The notes: generated by a model not told the origin, from the letters alone. A stretch of DNA of 64,000 nt from an uncultured bacterium (GCA_964459325.1 CAYWKU010000014.1:15189-79188), one strand, 5' to 3'. Shown: positions 1 to 8,604, numbered from the stretch's first letter. Made by a program: numbers and translations.

Positions 1-517
1 GGATAAGGCGGCTGGCCCGGTGCTTGTAAACCGAGCATATGTCACCGCCCGCAGGCCCCCTCGGGCCGGGATTTTCGCTGTCGGGGTCTCCGTCGGGGCG
101 GGTGTAGTCTCCCTTACGACCCTTGTTAAGCTCCTCGATGGCTTTTTCCAGGGCATCCGGTACTTCAGGGACACCCGGCTTTTCGGGCTTACTGACCGGT
201 TTTTTGTTGTCGACCTTCACCTTTTTCGCAGAAGATTTGGGTTTTTCCACCTTTACCGGCTGCTCAGGCTCGGGCTTGCTGATTTTTCCATCATGCTTCG
301 GCCCCCTTTTGGGCGTGCCGAAGGCTCCGCCGCCGATTTCTTCGGCGTAAACCAGTTTTACTTCGTGCGCTATGGGTCGCTCGTCCTGATTAGCGGTCCC
401 GCTGGAAGGTATAAGCATGAAGACGCCGAACAAGACCACGTGGGCGGCCAGGGATATGGCCACCATAGGCCCCAGGGAAGGCTCGTAGCCCGGCGCTTTT
501 CGGCGGTTTTTCTTCAT
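1..517 (-). CDS. TolA/TonB-family energy transducer, N-terminal part (runs off the window start)
   Basis: Manual translation of the minus strand from ATG at 517: MKKNRRKAPGYEPSLGPMVAISLAAHVVLFGVFML... It has a TM anchor with the SxxxH motif (SLAAH) followed by a Lys/Pro/Glu-rich linker. ATGA overlap with the tolR stop. Not in the ORF track because it is open-ended. Confidence 0.8.
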   Translation of the reverse strand, partial: MKKNRRKAPGYEPSLGPMVAISLAAHVVLFGVFMLIPSSGTANQDERPIAHEVKLVYAEEIGGGAFGTPKRGPKHDGKISKPEPEQPVKVEKPKSSAKKVKVDNKKPVSKPEKPGVPEVPDALEKAIEELNKGRKGDYTRPDGDPDSENPGPRGPAGGDICSVYKHRASRLI

Positions 518-945
518 CGACGCTCCCCGCGCTCCTTCTCCGGCGGCTCGGTGATTATGCCCACGCCGGCGATGCCTTCGGCTTTTATCCGGGCCATAAC
601 CTCTGCCACCCTGCCGTATCTTACGTTTTCGTCGGCCTTGAGGTAAACCATGTTCTTGCCGCGCCGACTCATCTGCTCCTTTAACTTAGCCGCGAGGGAA
701 TCGATATTCACCGGCCGTTTTCCCACGTGAATCGCCCCTTTGGCGTTGATGCTTACGATAACTTCCTCCGCGCCCACCTTGACGGGCGCAGCTTCCACCT
801 TGGGAAGATTGACCTTCATTCCGCTGGTAAGCTTTGGAGCCACTATCATGAAGATAATTAAAAGCACCAGCATCACGTCCACAAGAGGGGTGACGTTTAT
901 TTCGCTCATGGCCTCGTCTGAATTCCCTTTTCCCCCGATAGCCAT
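514..945 (-). CDS. tolR: TolR/ExbD biopolymer transport protein
   Basis: SEINVTPLVDVMLVLLIIFM signature and C-terminal YLKADENVRYGRVAEVM. Start moved to ATG 945 because the upstream extension of the ORF lies in a MITE. Confidence 0.88.
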   Translation of the reverse strand: MAIGGKGNSDEAMSEINVTPLVDVMLVLLIIFMIVAPKLTSGMKVNLPKVEAAPVKVGAEEVIVSINAKGAIHVGKRPVNIDSLAAKLKEQMSRRGKNMVYLKADENVRYGRVAEVMARIKAEGIAGVGIITEPPEKERGERR

Positions 946-966
946 TTTCTCACCTCTTTCTTTTAG

Positions 967-1113
967 CAGGGTGTTGAAAAAGTCAGAAACGTAACGCCGC
1001 CATCCTGGCGGCACTTGTAAGTAGCTGATTTTATTAAGGCGCCTTTTGCCGGCAAGCCATGCGGCCTGAGAAGGATGCCAGCGTTACGAAAAATAGCATT
1101 TTTCAACACCCTG
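967..1113. mobile_element. MITE family 1, copy a (147 bp)
   Basis: Perfect 15-bp TIR CAGGGTGTTGAAAAA (967-981 / 1099-1113), flanked on both sides by TTAG (963-966, 1114-1117). Near-identical inverted copy at 4536-4660. Confidence 0.9.
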
Positions 1114-1866
1114 TTAGAGGAAGTGGCGGTCTATAATGTTCAGTATATCCGAGCTGAAGTTTTCCATCTCTCCCGCAAAACTGCGGGCATGGGCAAGGAA
1201 ATAGTTGTAAGCGACAACCGCCGGTATGGCGGCGGCCAGCCCTGCCGCGGTAGCTATTAGCGCCTCGCTTATGCCTGGCGCCACCACTTCCAGCCCCACG
1301 TCCCCCAGCTCGGCGATGTCCCGAAAGCTGGTCATGATTCCCCAGACGGTTCCGAACAACCCCACGAAGGGCGCGGCGCTGCCGGTGGTGGCCAGAAAGC
1401 TCAGGTAACGCTCCAGGCGCGACCTTTCCCCGGCGTGAGCTCTCCGGAGTGCGCGTTCGACAAGCTCGACACCGCCAAGCTTGTCCGCCAGTCCCTCTTC
1501 CTCCCCTTCTCCACCTGGGTTAGCCTTCTTTATCTTGGTAAGCTCCTGGTATCCGGCCCGAAATACCTGGGCCAGCGGGCTGGAGCTTAATTTCCGGGAA
1601 TTCCTGTATATGGCCTCCAGGCTGTTGGCGCTCCAGAAAACCTCCATGAACCCGGCATTTGCCTTTCCGGCCCTGCGAAACTGAATGTACTTGAGCACGA
1701 TGATGGCCCAGCAAATTACACTGAATCCTACCAGCAGCAGAAGCACGAATTTCACCATCGGCCCGGCCCCGGCCACTATCTCCCACCACGTTAAGCTCTT
1801 ATCCGAAGCCTCGACCGCCGCCTGAACCAGTATCGACAAATAAGTTATATCCACCGCTCCGTTCAT
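1114..1866 (-). CDS. tolQ: TolQ/ExbB (MotA/TolQ/ExbB proton channel)
   Basis: FLATTGSAAPFVGLFGTVWGIM and VAPGISEALIATAAGLAAAIPAV motifs. Upstream of tolR and a tolA-like gene. Confidence 0.9.
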   Translation of the reverse strand: MNGAVDITYLSILVQAAVEASDKSLTWWEIVAGAGPMVKFVLLLLVGFSVICWAIIVLKYIQFRRAGKANAGFMEVFWSANSLEAIYRNSRKLSSSPLAQVFRAGYQELTKIKKANPGGEGEEEGLADKLGGVELVERALRRAHAGERSRLERYLSFLATTGSAAPFVGLFGTVWGIMTSFRDIAELGDVGLEVVAPGISEALIATAAGLAAAIPAVVAYNYFLAHARSFAGEMENFSSDILNIIDRHFL

Positions 1867-1895
1867 TTACTTTCTGGTACTCCCTTGGGCTGACC

Positions 1896-1929
1896 ACCAC
1901 AATATATTGTGGTATGCCGCCTGTGTCAA
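1896..1929 (-). promoter_or_regulatory. sigma70-type promoter of tolQ overlapped by a perfect 18-bp palindrome
   Basis: Minus strand TTGACA (1929-1924)-17 bp-TATATT (1906-1901). Palindrome ACCACAATATATTGTGGT at 1896-1913 covers the -10. Confidence 0.6.
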
Positions 1930-2004
1930 TGTCGATATCATTATGATAATATTACGCCAAGGAGCGGGAAAAAGTCAAATAGCGCCTCGCTCTCTCGCAA
2001 CCCG

Positions 2005-2160
2005 GGACTCCCGGATAATGGGCCCGGCCTGTTTCTCACCTTGACCGCTCCCGGGGGTTAAAAAAACATGCTCGTCACCAAAAAGGTGATAGCCGGCCTC
2101 CGGTCTTTTTTCGCCCCCAGCCCCCCTGCGGTCAAGGTGAGCTACCCTTACGGGGAATAT
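2005..2160. repeat. ~155-nt structured palindromic element, copy A (ncRNA or non-autonomous mobile element)
   Basis: Perfect 14-bp IR CTCACCTTGACCGC (2035-2048) / GCGGTCAAGGTGAG (2128-2141), an outer stem and an inner TCACC-N5-GGTGA hairpin. Homologous to 61670-61831 in opposite orientation. Confidence 0.75.
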
Positions 2161-2256
2161 TTGAATCATTAAGCGGGAATCACGGAGGGTGGAACACTCG
2201 TTTGCCCGGACGTTATTTTCATTTCAGAATATATAATTGGCTTGTAGGTTCAAAAA

Positions 2257-3045
2257 GTGATGAGAGCAGCCCTTACAATCAACATAATACTGGCGTTCGT
2301 GGGATTATTACTGCTGACTGCCGCGCAGCAACCTCCTCCCCGGCAAAAAAAACTGCCGCCCGAGCTTCAAACTCGCGACGGAATGGTGATGAAGCTGGTT
2401 CCGACCGGCAAATATTACATCGGCAGCGACGAGGGACCCGCTGATAGCCGCCCGCGCCACCCCGTAGAGTTGCCCGCTTTCTACATCGACAACCACGAGG
2501 TGACCAACGAGCAGTACCTGGACTTCTGCATCGCCACCGGCCACAGCCTCCCCCCGACCCTTCGAAGCGGAAAATTATCAGAAGAAATAAAACAACTGCC
2601 CGTTGTCAACGTGACTTATCATGACGCCGAAAGCTATGCCCGCTGGATGCGTAAAAAACTTCCTACCGAAGCCGAATGGGAAGTGGCCGCCCGTGGCGGA
2701 AAAAAGGAACTGATTTTTCCCTGGGGTGACGCCTTCAAGCCGGGAGCGGCGGCTATAAAAAGGAACAAACCCGCCGCCGTCGGCTCACACCCGAAAGATG
2801 CATCCCCCTTCGGCGTATACGACATGGCCGGCAACGTGTCCGAATGGACGCGGGACAGGTTCGGGCCTTATCCCGATGCTCCCCGGAACATCGAATTTCC
2901 CGAAGCCACCCGTGTAATACGAGGCGGAAACTACGCAATTGAAAACCCTGAAAAGCTGAAGCTTTACCTGCGTCGTCCGGTGGAAACGTACCACACATCG
3001 CCCCAAACCGGATTCCGGTGCGTAAAGGAAGTGAGATACCGCTGA
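2257..3045 (+). CDS. Exported formylglycine-generating-enzyme (FGE-sulfatase/SUMF1) domain protein
   Basis: Signal peptide; FYIDNHEVTNEQY, LPTEAEWEVAARGG, DMAGNVSEW, RGG...GFRC motifs. Lacks the catalytic CxxxxC of true FGE. Confidence 0.85.
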   Translation: MMRAALTINIILAFVGLLLLTAAQQPPPRQKKLPPELQTRDGMVMKLVPTGKYYIGSDEGPADSRPRHPVELPAFYIDNHEVTNEQYLDFCIATGHSLPPTLRSGKLSEEIKQLPVVNVTYHDAESYARWMRKKLPTEAEWEVAARGGKKELIFPWGDAFKPGAAAIKRNKPAAVGSHPKDASPFGVYDMAGNVSEWTRDRFGPYPDAPRNIEFPEATRVIRGGNYAIENPEKLKLYLRRPVETYHTSPQTGFRCVKEVRYR

Positions 3046-3093
3046 GGTGCGCTGGCATGAGCGACGGCGAGGTGATACCATTTTGCGGGTAAA

Positions 3094-3606
3094 ATGAAAC
3101 CAAAAATCGCAATATTGACAGGTATGCTTGTGTTTGCCGCGTCGGTCATGGCCTGCACATCCCCCGCAACGGTGAAAAAAGAGCCGCAAAACGCGAGCCT
3201 CTTGGACAGCGCCCGGGACTTTTATTCATTTCTGGAAAACAGGAGAATGGGCAACAGGCATAACGACCGCGACCAACGGTTCCGGCAATTTTTCCCCAAC
3301 CGCCCACACCGGTACAATTTCCTGGATACCTACCTTCCGCTGGCAAGAGACAGAAACTTCCTGTACAACCGTTACAACGCCTATTACATCCGGGACATCG
3401 AAATAGCCGAAAACGGCGACAGCGCCGAGGTCAAGGTAAAACTTTACAGCCGCGATGCGCCACTGCTTTATCGCAAGCTGGCGATTACCCACAATTGGTT
3501 CAAAACCGGCGACACCTGGTACCCGGGAAAGGTGGAGGGGAAAATGCTTACCCGGTGGACAAAGCTCACCCGCCTGTACGCACTGCCTCCCAAATCAGAC
3601 AAATAA
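3094..3606 (+). CDS. Hypothetical lipoprotein
   Basis: Basic N-terminus, hydrophobic stretch and lipobox-like VMAC; sits in an apparent operon between the FGE gene and era. Confidence 0.6.
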   Translation: MKPKIAILTGMLVFAASVMACTSPATVKKEPQNASLLDSARDFYSFLENRRMGNRHNDRDQRFRQFFPNRPHRYNFLDTYLPLARDRNFLYNRYNAYYIRDIEIAENGDSAEVKVKLYSRDAPLLYRKLAITHNWFKTGDTWYPGKVEGKMLTRWTKLTRLYALPPKSDK

Positions 3607-3611
3607 AAGCC

Positions 3612-4529
3612 ATGGAAGAGCCTCATACGCGCGAGCATGAAACTTGTTGCGGATTCGTAGCAGTGGTGGGGCGGCCCAACGTGGGCAAAAGCACGCTATT
3701 TAACGCGCTGGTCGGCGAAAAAGTGGCCATCGTCACCCCGAAACCGAACACCACCCGCAACCGCATAGCGGGGATACTTACAAAAGGAAAATCCCAGGCC
3801 ATCTTCCTGGACACTCCCGGTATCCATAATGCCAGAGACACACTCAACAAGCGCATGGTAAGCACCGCCATGGCCGCCCTGACCGACGTGGACATCATCC
3901 TTTTTATGGTGGAAGCCGGCGTGAAAACGCTGGAGATAGAAAGCTACATCGCCGAAAAAATCGGCGAAACTTCCGCCACAAAAATTCTTATCATCAACAA
4001 AACGGATAAAATTCCCAAACAGACATTACTGCCGGAAATTGAAGAACGAACCGAAAAACTTGGAGAATTCAACGAAGTGATTCCGATAAGCGCCCTCGAA
4101 GGCGACGGGGTGGATATAGTGGAAAGGCTGGTGACCGAATCCCTGCCCCCCAACCCCCACTTCTACCCGCCCGACATGTACACCGACCGGCCGGAAAGGT
4201 TCGTGGTGGCGGAAATGATACGGGAGCAAGTCTTCCTGGCCACGCACCAGGAGGTGCCATACGCAACCGCCGTCTCCGTCGAAGAATGGAACGAGCGCGA
4301 AAACCTGGTGCATATAGCCGCAAAAATACACGTGGAATCCAAGAGCCAGAAGGGCATAATCATCGGAAAAAAGGGCACCATGCTCAAAAAAATAGGCACG
4401 GAGGCCAGAATTCAAATCGAAAAGCTGCTCGGCGCCAAAGTCTACCTGGAACTTTTCGTACACGTCATGCCAAAATGGCGCCGCGACGAAAAATCGCTCG
4501 ACCGACTCGGTTACACCACCCCGGAATAA
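3612..4529 (+). CDS. era: GTPase Era
   Basis: GRPNVGKS, DTPG, NKTD, KH domain with SQKGIIIGKKG. Start moved to ATG 3612. Confidence 0.96.
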   Translation: MEEPHTREHETCCGFVAVVGRPNVGKSTLFNALVGEKVAIVTPKPNTTRNRIAGILTKGKSQAIFLDTPGIHNARDTLNKRMVSTAMAALTDVDIILFMVEAGVKTLEIESYIAEKIGETSATKILIINKTDKIPKQTLLPEIEERTEKLGEFNEVIPISALEGDGVDIVERLVTESLPPNPHFYPPDMYTDRPERFVVAEMIREQVFLATHQEVPYATAVSVEEWNERENLVHIAAKIHVESKSQKGIIIGKKGTMLKKIGTEARIQIEKLLGAKVYLELFVHVMPKWRRDEKSLDRLGYTTPE

Positions 4530-4535
4530 CCTTAG

Positions 4536-4660
4536 CAGGGTGTTGAAAAATGCTATTTTTCGTAACGCCCGGACGGGCAAAAGGCGCCTTAATAAAATCA
4601 GCTACTTACAAGTGCCGCCAGGGATGGCGGCGTTACGTTTCTGACTTTTTCAACACCCTG
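4536..4660. mobile_element. MITE family 1, copy b (125 bp)
   Basis: TIR CAGGGTGTTGAAAAA (4536-4550 / 4646-4660), TTAG duplication (4532-4535, 4661-4664). Lies between convergent era and rpiB. Confidence 0.9.
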
Positions 4661-4673
4661 TTAGGTTTTTAAA

Positions 4674-5123
4674 TTATTCGGAGAGATTTTCTATGAGGTC
4701 GAGGCGGCGCTGGTGGCGTTTTTCGAAGGGGGTATCGAGCCACGTCTGTATCAATTGCACCGCCAGCTCGTCGGCGATAAGCCTCGCCCCTATGCACAAT
4801 ATATTCGCCCGGTTGTGGCTCGCGGCGGCGACGGCTGTGGTCTGGTCGTGCACCACCGCCGCCCTTATTCCCCGGAAACGGTTGGCGGCTATGGCCATTC
4901 CGATACCGGTGCCGCACAGAAGTATCCCGGAATCGGCTTTCCCGTCCAGAATGTCATCCACCACCCGTTTGGCAAAGTTCGGATAGTCGACGCTTTTTGT
5001 CCCCGAACGGGCGCCCCGGTCAAGTACCTCGTAGCCCTTTTCCTTCAGATAGGCAACCACGGCCTTTTTCATTCTATAAGCGGCGTGGTCGCAGGCTACG
5101 CTTATCGGTAAACGGCCTTTCAT
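4674..5123 (-). CDS. rpiB: Ribose-5-phosphate isomerase B
   Basis: ACDHAA, SVDYP, CGTGIGMAIAANRFRGIRAA, HNRANILCIGAR, RHQRR. Confidence 0.93.
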   Translation of the reverse strand: MKGRLPISVACDHAAYRMKKAVVAYLKEKGYEVLDRGARSGTKSVDYPNFAKRVVDDILDGKADSGILLCGTGIGMAIAANRFRGIRAAVVHDQTTAVAAASHNRANILCIGARLIADELAVQLIQTWLDTPFEKRHQRRLDLIENLSE

Positions 5124-5135
5124 CAGTTCACCCTT

Positions 5136-5369
5136 TTAATCCAGCCTTTTGTGGAGATAATCGTAAACGTCCTTCACCGTGCGAATGCCCTCGACGTCGT
5201 CGTCCGGTATTTCCATGTCGAATTCTTCCTCCATGGCCATGGCCAGGGTCATAACATCCAGGGAATCCAGACCCAGGTCGTCTATAAAATCCTTCTCCGG
5301 GGTTATTTCCTTCTCTTCCAGTCCGAGTTCCCGAACTATGATTGAAACCACCTTGGATTCGATGTTCAT
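5136..5369 (-). CDS. acpP: Acyl carrier protein
   Basis: DLGLDSLD phosphopantetheine site, acidic 77-aa protein, downstream of fabG. Confidence 0.95.
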   Translation of the reverse strand: MNIESKVVSIIVRELGLEEKEITPEKDFIDDLGLDSLDVMTLAMAMEEEFDMEIPDDDVEGIRTVKDVYDYLHKRLD

Positions 5370-5452
5370 GCTTTTTGCCTCCTTATAGAACCGGCTTCAA
5401 ACGAGTAGTGAGCCTAACCGAAAAGCCCGTTTTAATCAACTCCGATTTTCTG

Positions 5453-6205
5453 CTACATATACAGGCCGCCGTTGACCGGAACAACCGCGCCGGTCACATA
5501 CCCGGCCCCGTCACTCGCCAGAAACCTTACCACTTGCGCCACTTCGGCGGGGGTTCCGAACCTTCCCGAGGGTATCCATTCCAGCACCGCGGATTTTGTT
5601 TTTTCGTCCATCTGCGAGGTAAGCTCCGTTTCTATGAAACCGGGAGCCACGGCATTGCAGGTGATTCCGCGCTTCGATACTTCCCGGGCCACGCTTTTTG
5701 TGAACCCGATGATGCCGGCTTTCGATGCGGCGTAATTTGCCTGCCCTTCTCGCCCTCCCTGACCTACCACGCTGGTAATATTGATTATTCTTCCCCATTT
5801 AGCTTTGACCATGGACCGCAATGCGGCGCGAGTGACCAGGAAGACGCCTTTCAAGTTAACCGACATAACCTCGTCGAAATCTTCATCCTTCATCCGCATC
5901 AGGAGACCGTCGCGAGTAATTCCGGCGTTGTTCACCACTATATCCAGCCGTCCCTGCGCTTCCAGAATCTTTTCCACTCCGCCCTTGACCCCTTCGGCTT
6001 CCGATACATCGAAAGTAATAACTTCGGCGAATCCGCCCGTTTTCTTTATGTTTTCGGCCACCTCGGATGCTGCGTCGGCGCTTTTGGAGCAGTTTATGTA
6101 CACTTTCGCTCCCGCCGAAGCCAACTCCCCGGCAATGGCTTTTCCTATCCCCCGGGAGGCTCCGGTGACCAGCGCTATTTTACCCTCCAGTTCCTTTTCC
6201 CCCAT
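5453..6205 (-). CDS. fabG: 3-oxoacyl-ACP reductase
   Basis: TGASRGIG, NNAGITRD, YAASK, VNGG; fab context. Confidence 0.95.
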   Translation of the reverse strand: MGEKELEGKIALVTGASRGIGKAIAGELASAGAKVYINCSKSADAASEVAENIKKTGGFAEVITFDVSEAEGVKGGVEKILEAQGRLDIVVNNAGITRDGLLMRMKDEDFDEVMSVNLKGVFLVTRAALRSMVKAKWGRIINITSVVGQGGREGQANYAASKAGIIGFTKSVAREVSKRGITCNAVAPGFIETELTSQMDEKTKSAVLEWIPSGRFGTPAEVAQVVRFLASDGAGYVTGAVVPVNGGLYM

Positions 6206-6232
6206 AGTCCGCGCACTCCGAATAGTTAAATA

Positions 6233-7174
6233 TTAAACACTCTCCATAGCTTTTTTCAACGATGCGGCGTCTCCGACCGGTAAGCATTCGATTTCCTTGC
6301 GGATTCGTTTGAGCAGTCCGGTGAGCACCTTTCCCGGCCCCAACTCGAAGGCCTTTTCCACCTCGAATTGCTCCAGCTTTTCCATCGATTGCGTCCACAA
6401 GACAGGTGATCGAACTTGCCGGGCCAAAACCTCCCGAGCACGGTCGGATTCACCGTAAACCGAAGCGTCCACGTTGGCTATCACCGGCGTTCGAGCTTCG
6501 GCGAACTCCGCTTCGTCAAGTTTCTCCCGGAGCCTTTCCGCCGCCGGTTCCATCAAGGGGGAATGAAAGGGGGCGCTTACGTTGAGGAAAACCGCCTTCC
6601 TGGCCCCGGCTTCCTTCAACTTATCGACAGCCCGATTGACCGCTTCCACATGGCCGGAAATAACCGTCTGCTCCGGGGAATTGTAATTGGCAACCACTAC
6701 CACGCTATCGTCTTCCTTCGCCACCCGGTCCGCCGTGGACTTCACCGTCTCGGCGTCGAGTCCGATAATCGCGGCCATCGCGCCCTTCCCTTCGACTACC
6801 GCTTCCTGCATGAACCTGCCGCGATTTTTTACCAGCCGAACCGCTTCAGTGAGGCCCAAAGCGCCGGCGGCCACCAGCGCGGAATACTCGCCGAGGGAAT
6901 GCCCGGCGGCAACCACGGGCCTGACGCCGCTTTCGGTCTCGAAGGCCCTCAAAGCGGCGACGCTGGCGGTAAGCACCGCGGGCTGGGTGTTTTCCGTCTT
7001 TACCAGCTCGCTTTCCGGGCCTTCAAAGCAAAGCTTGTCCACCCGCACCGAAAGGGCGTCGCTCGCTTCCTCGAAAACCAGCTTCCCCGGGTTGAAATTT
7101 TCGCACAGCTCCTTTCCCATGCCCACGAACTGCGAGCCCTGTCCGGGAAAAAGGAAAGCGATATTCATGTCCAC
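6233..7174 (-). CDS. fabD: Malonyl-CoA:ACP transacylase
   Basis: FPGQGSQ, GHSLGEY, VSAPFHS. Confidence 0.96.
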   Translation of the reverse strand: MDMNIAFLFPGQGSQFVGMGKELCENFNPGKLVFEEASDALSVRVDKLCFEGPESELVKTENTQPAVLTASVAALRAFETESGVRPVVAAGHSLGEYSALVAAGALGLTEAVRLVKNRGRFMQEAVVEGKGAMAAIIGLDAETVKSTADRVAKEDDSVVVVANYNSPEQTVISGHVEAVNRAVDKLKEAGARKAVFLNVSAPFHSPLMEPAAERLREKLDEAEFAEARTPVIANVDASVYGESDRAREVLARQVRSPVLWTQSMEKLEQFEVEKAFELGPGKVLTGLLKRIRKEIECLPVGDAASLKKAMESV

Positions 7175-8127
7175 TCCTTTTCTGAATCGAAAACGGTTGC
7201 CATCTTCTCCGTAACTTCCCGCGCCTCCGCGATAATTTCCTCGATTATTTCCCGCGCGGGCTTGACGTCCCGAACCAATCCCGCTATCTGGCCTATCATC
7301 ACGCTGCCTTCATCCATGTCCCCTTCCACAACAGCCCTTTGCAGCGCGCCCTCCCCGAGCTTCACCAACTCCGCCGGGTCGGCGCCTTCTTTTTCCATTT
7401 TCTCGAAGCGGCGCGTAAGCTTGTTTCTCAGGGAGCGAACGGGATGCCCGGCGGCGCGTCCCGATACCACGCTCGAGCGGTCGCGGGCTTTTATTACCGC
7501 CTGTCTCCAGTTATCGTGCACTGGCGATTCGGCGGCGCATGTAAACCTGGTACCCATCTGCACGGCCTCGGCGCCGAGCATGAAGGCCGCCGCCATGCCC
7601 CTTCCGTCGGCGATGCCTCCCGCCGCCACCACGGGAACTTTCACCGCGTCCACAACCTGCGGCGCCAGGCTCATTGTTGTTATATCCCCTATATGACCGG
7701 CGGCTTCGTGGCCTTCGCAGATAACGCCCGCAGCGCCGTAGCGCTCGGCCCGCCGGGCCAGGTCCACCGAAGCCACCACGGGAAACACCCTTGAACCTCC
7801 GCTCATCAGGGCTTCCATGTGCTTGCCCGGGCTGCCGGCGCCGGTGGTGACAACCGGCGCCTCTTCCGAGCGCACAAGCTCCACCATATTACCTATATCT
7901 TCCCGATATAAAAGGAGATTTACCCCGAAAGGCTTATCGGTGATTTCCCTGATGGATTGAATCTGACTTCTAAGCTCATCAGGAGGCATGGTGCCGGAGC
8001 CTATTATACCGAGTCCGCCGGCTTCGGAAACGGCTGCGGCCAGGCGGTAATCGCCGGCCCAGGCCATGCCGCCCTGGAAGATGGGAAAGGTAATGCCCAG
8101 CGCTTCTGTTACCCTTGTCGGTATCAA
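7165..8127 (-). CDS. fabK: Enoyl-ACP reductase II (FabK / nitronate monooxygenase family)
   Basis: PIFQGGMAW, EGHEAAGHIG, AAGGIADGRG, QMGTRF; directly upstream of fabD. Confidence 0.85.
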   Translation of the reverse strand: MIPTRVTEALGITFPIFQGGMAWAGDYRLAAAVSEAGGLGIIGSGTMPPDELRSQIQSIREITDKPFGVNLLLYREDIGNMVELVRSEEAPVVTTGAGSPGKHMEALMSGGSRVFPVVASVDLARRAERYGAAGVICEGHEAAGHIGDITTMSLAPQVVDAVKVPVVAAGGIADGRGMAAAFMLGAEAVQMGTRFTCAAESPVHDNWRQAVIKARDRSSVVSGRAAGHPVRSLRNKLTRRFEKMEKEGADPAELVKLGEGALQRAVVEGDMDEGSVMIGQIAGLVRDVKPAREIIEEIIAEAREVTEKMATVFDSEKEWT

Positions 8128-8309
8128 TCAAAGCCCCTTTTCACCGAATATGGCCATCCCATTTAATCCTTCCCGAGCATCAATGCCAAGGAATATGTCA
8201 TTTTATTTCATCCTGCGCAATAAAAACACCGCCCCCAGGGGGAGCGGCATTTAAAAATCGAATAAAACCGGTTACTTGGGACGATAGGGCTTTTAACCCC
8301 GGCGGGTAA

Positions 8310-8498
8310 TCAGGTGCCCTTTTCAACCACCTCGACCACCTGCTTGTCCTTGTACATTCCGCAATGAGGGCACGCCCGGTGTCTCTGCATGGTTTCTCCG
8401 CAATTGGGGCAATCCATCCAAGAGGGAGCTTTCAGAGCGTTGTGGCTGCGCCGTTTATCCCTGCGCGATTTGCTGACTCTTCTCTGTGGTAAACCCAT
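8310..8498 (-). CDS. rpmF: 50S ribosomal protein L32 (Zn-ribbon type)
   Basis: RRVSKSRRDKRRSH and CPNCG...HRACPHCG. Confidence 0.95.
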   Translation of the reverse strand: MGLPQRRVSKSRRDKRRSHNALKAPSWMDCPNCGETMQRHRACPHCGMYKDKQVVEVVEKGT

Positions 8499-8604
8499 TT
8501 GTTATCTCCTTTTTAACGTAAACGAGTATTAGAGGCCGTTGCAAAACAGGCTTCAGGGGGAGAGAAGGCTTTTTTTCTGTAGCTCCCCGGGAATGTCTTT
8601 TCCA

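Noticed and set aside
20-646. 208-aa plus-strand ORF
   Set aside because: Antisense shadow of the tolA-like gene and tolR; no recognisable features.
946-1014. N-terminal extension of the TolR ORF (MPPGWRRYVSDFFNTLL...)
   Set aside because: It is translated MITE sequence. The same FFNTLL string appears in ORFs 1075-1260 and 4026-4580 that cross the repeat.
1933-1955. Fur-box-like GATATCATTATGATAATATT upstream of tolQ
   Set aside because: Only a partial 7-1-7 match in AT-rich promoter DNA; not enough to call.
1975-2169. 64-aa minus-strand ORF
   Set aside because: Coincides with structured element A; no matching ORF in copy B.
8225-8306. GCCCCCAGGGGGAGCGGC and TAACCCCGGCGGG motifs resembling parts of the structured element (also TTCCCGGGGGGCTACC near 54296)
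   Set aside because: Matches are too short and lack the 14-bp IR; more likely terminator hairpins or chance.
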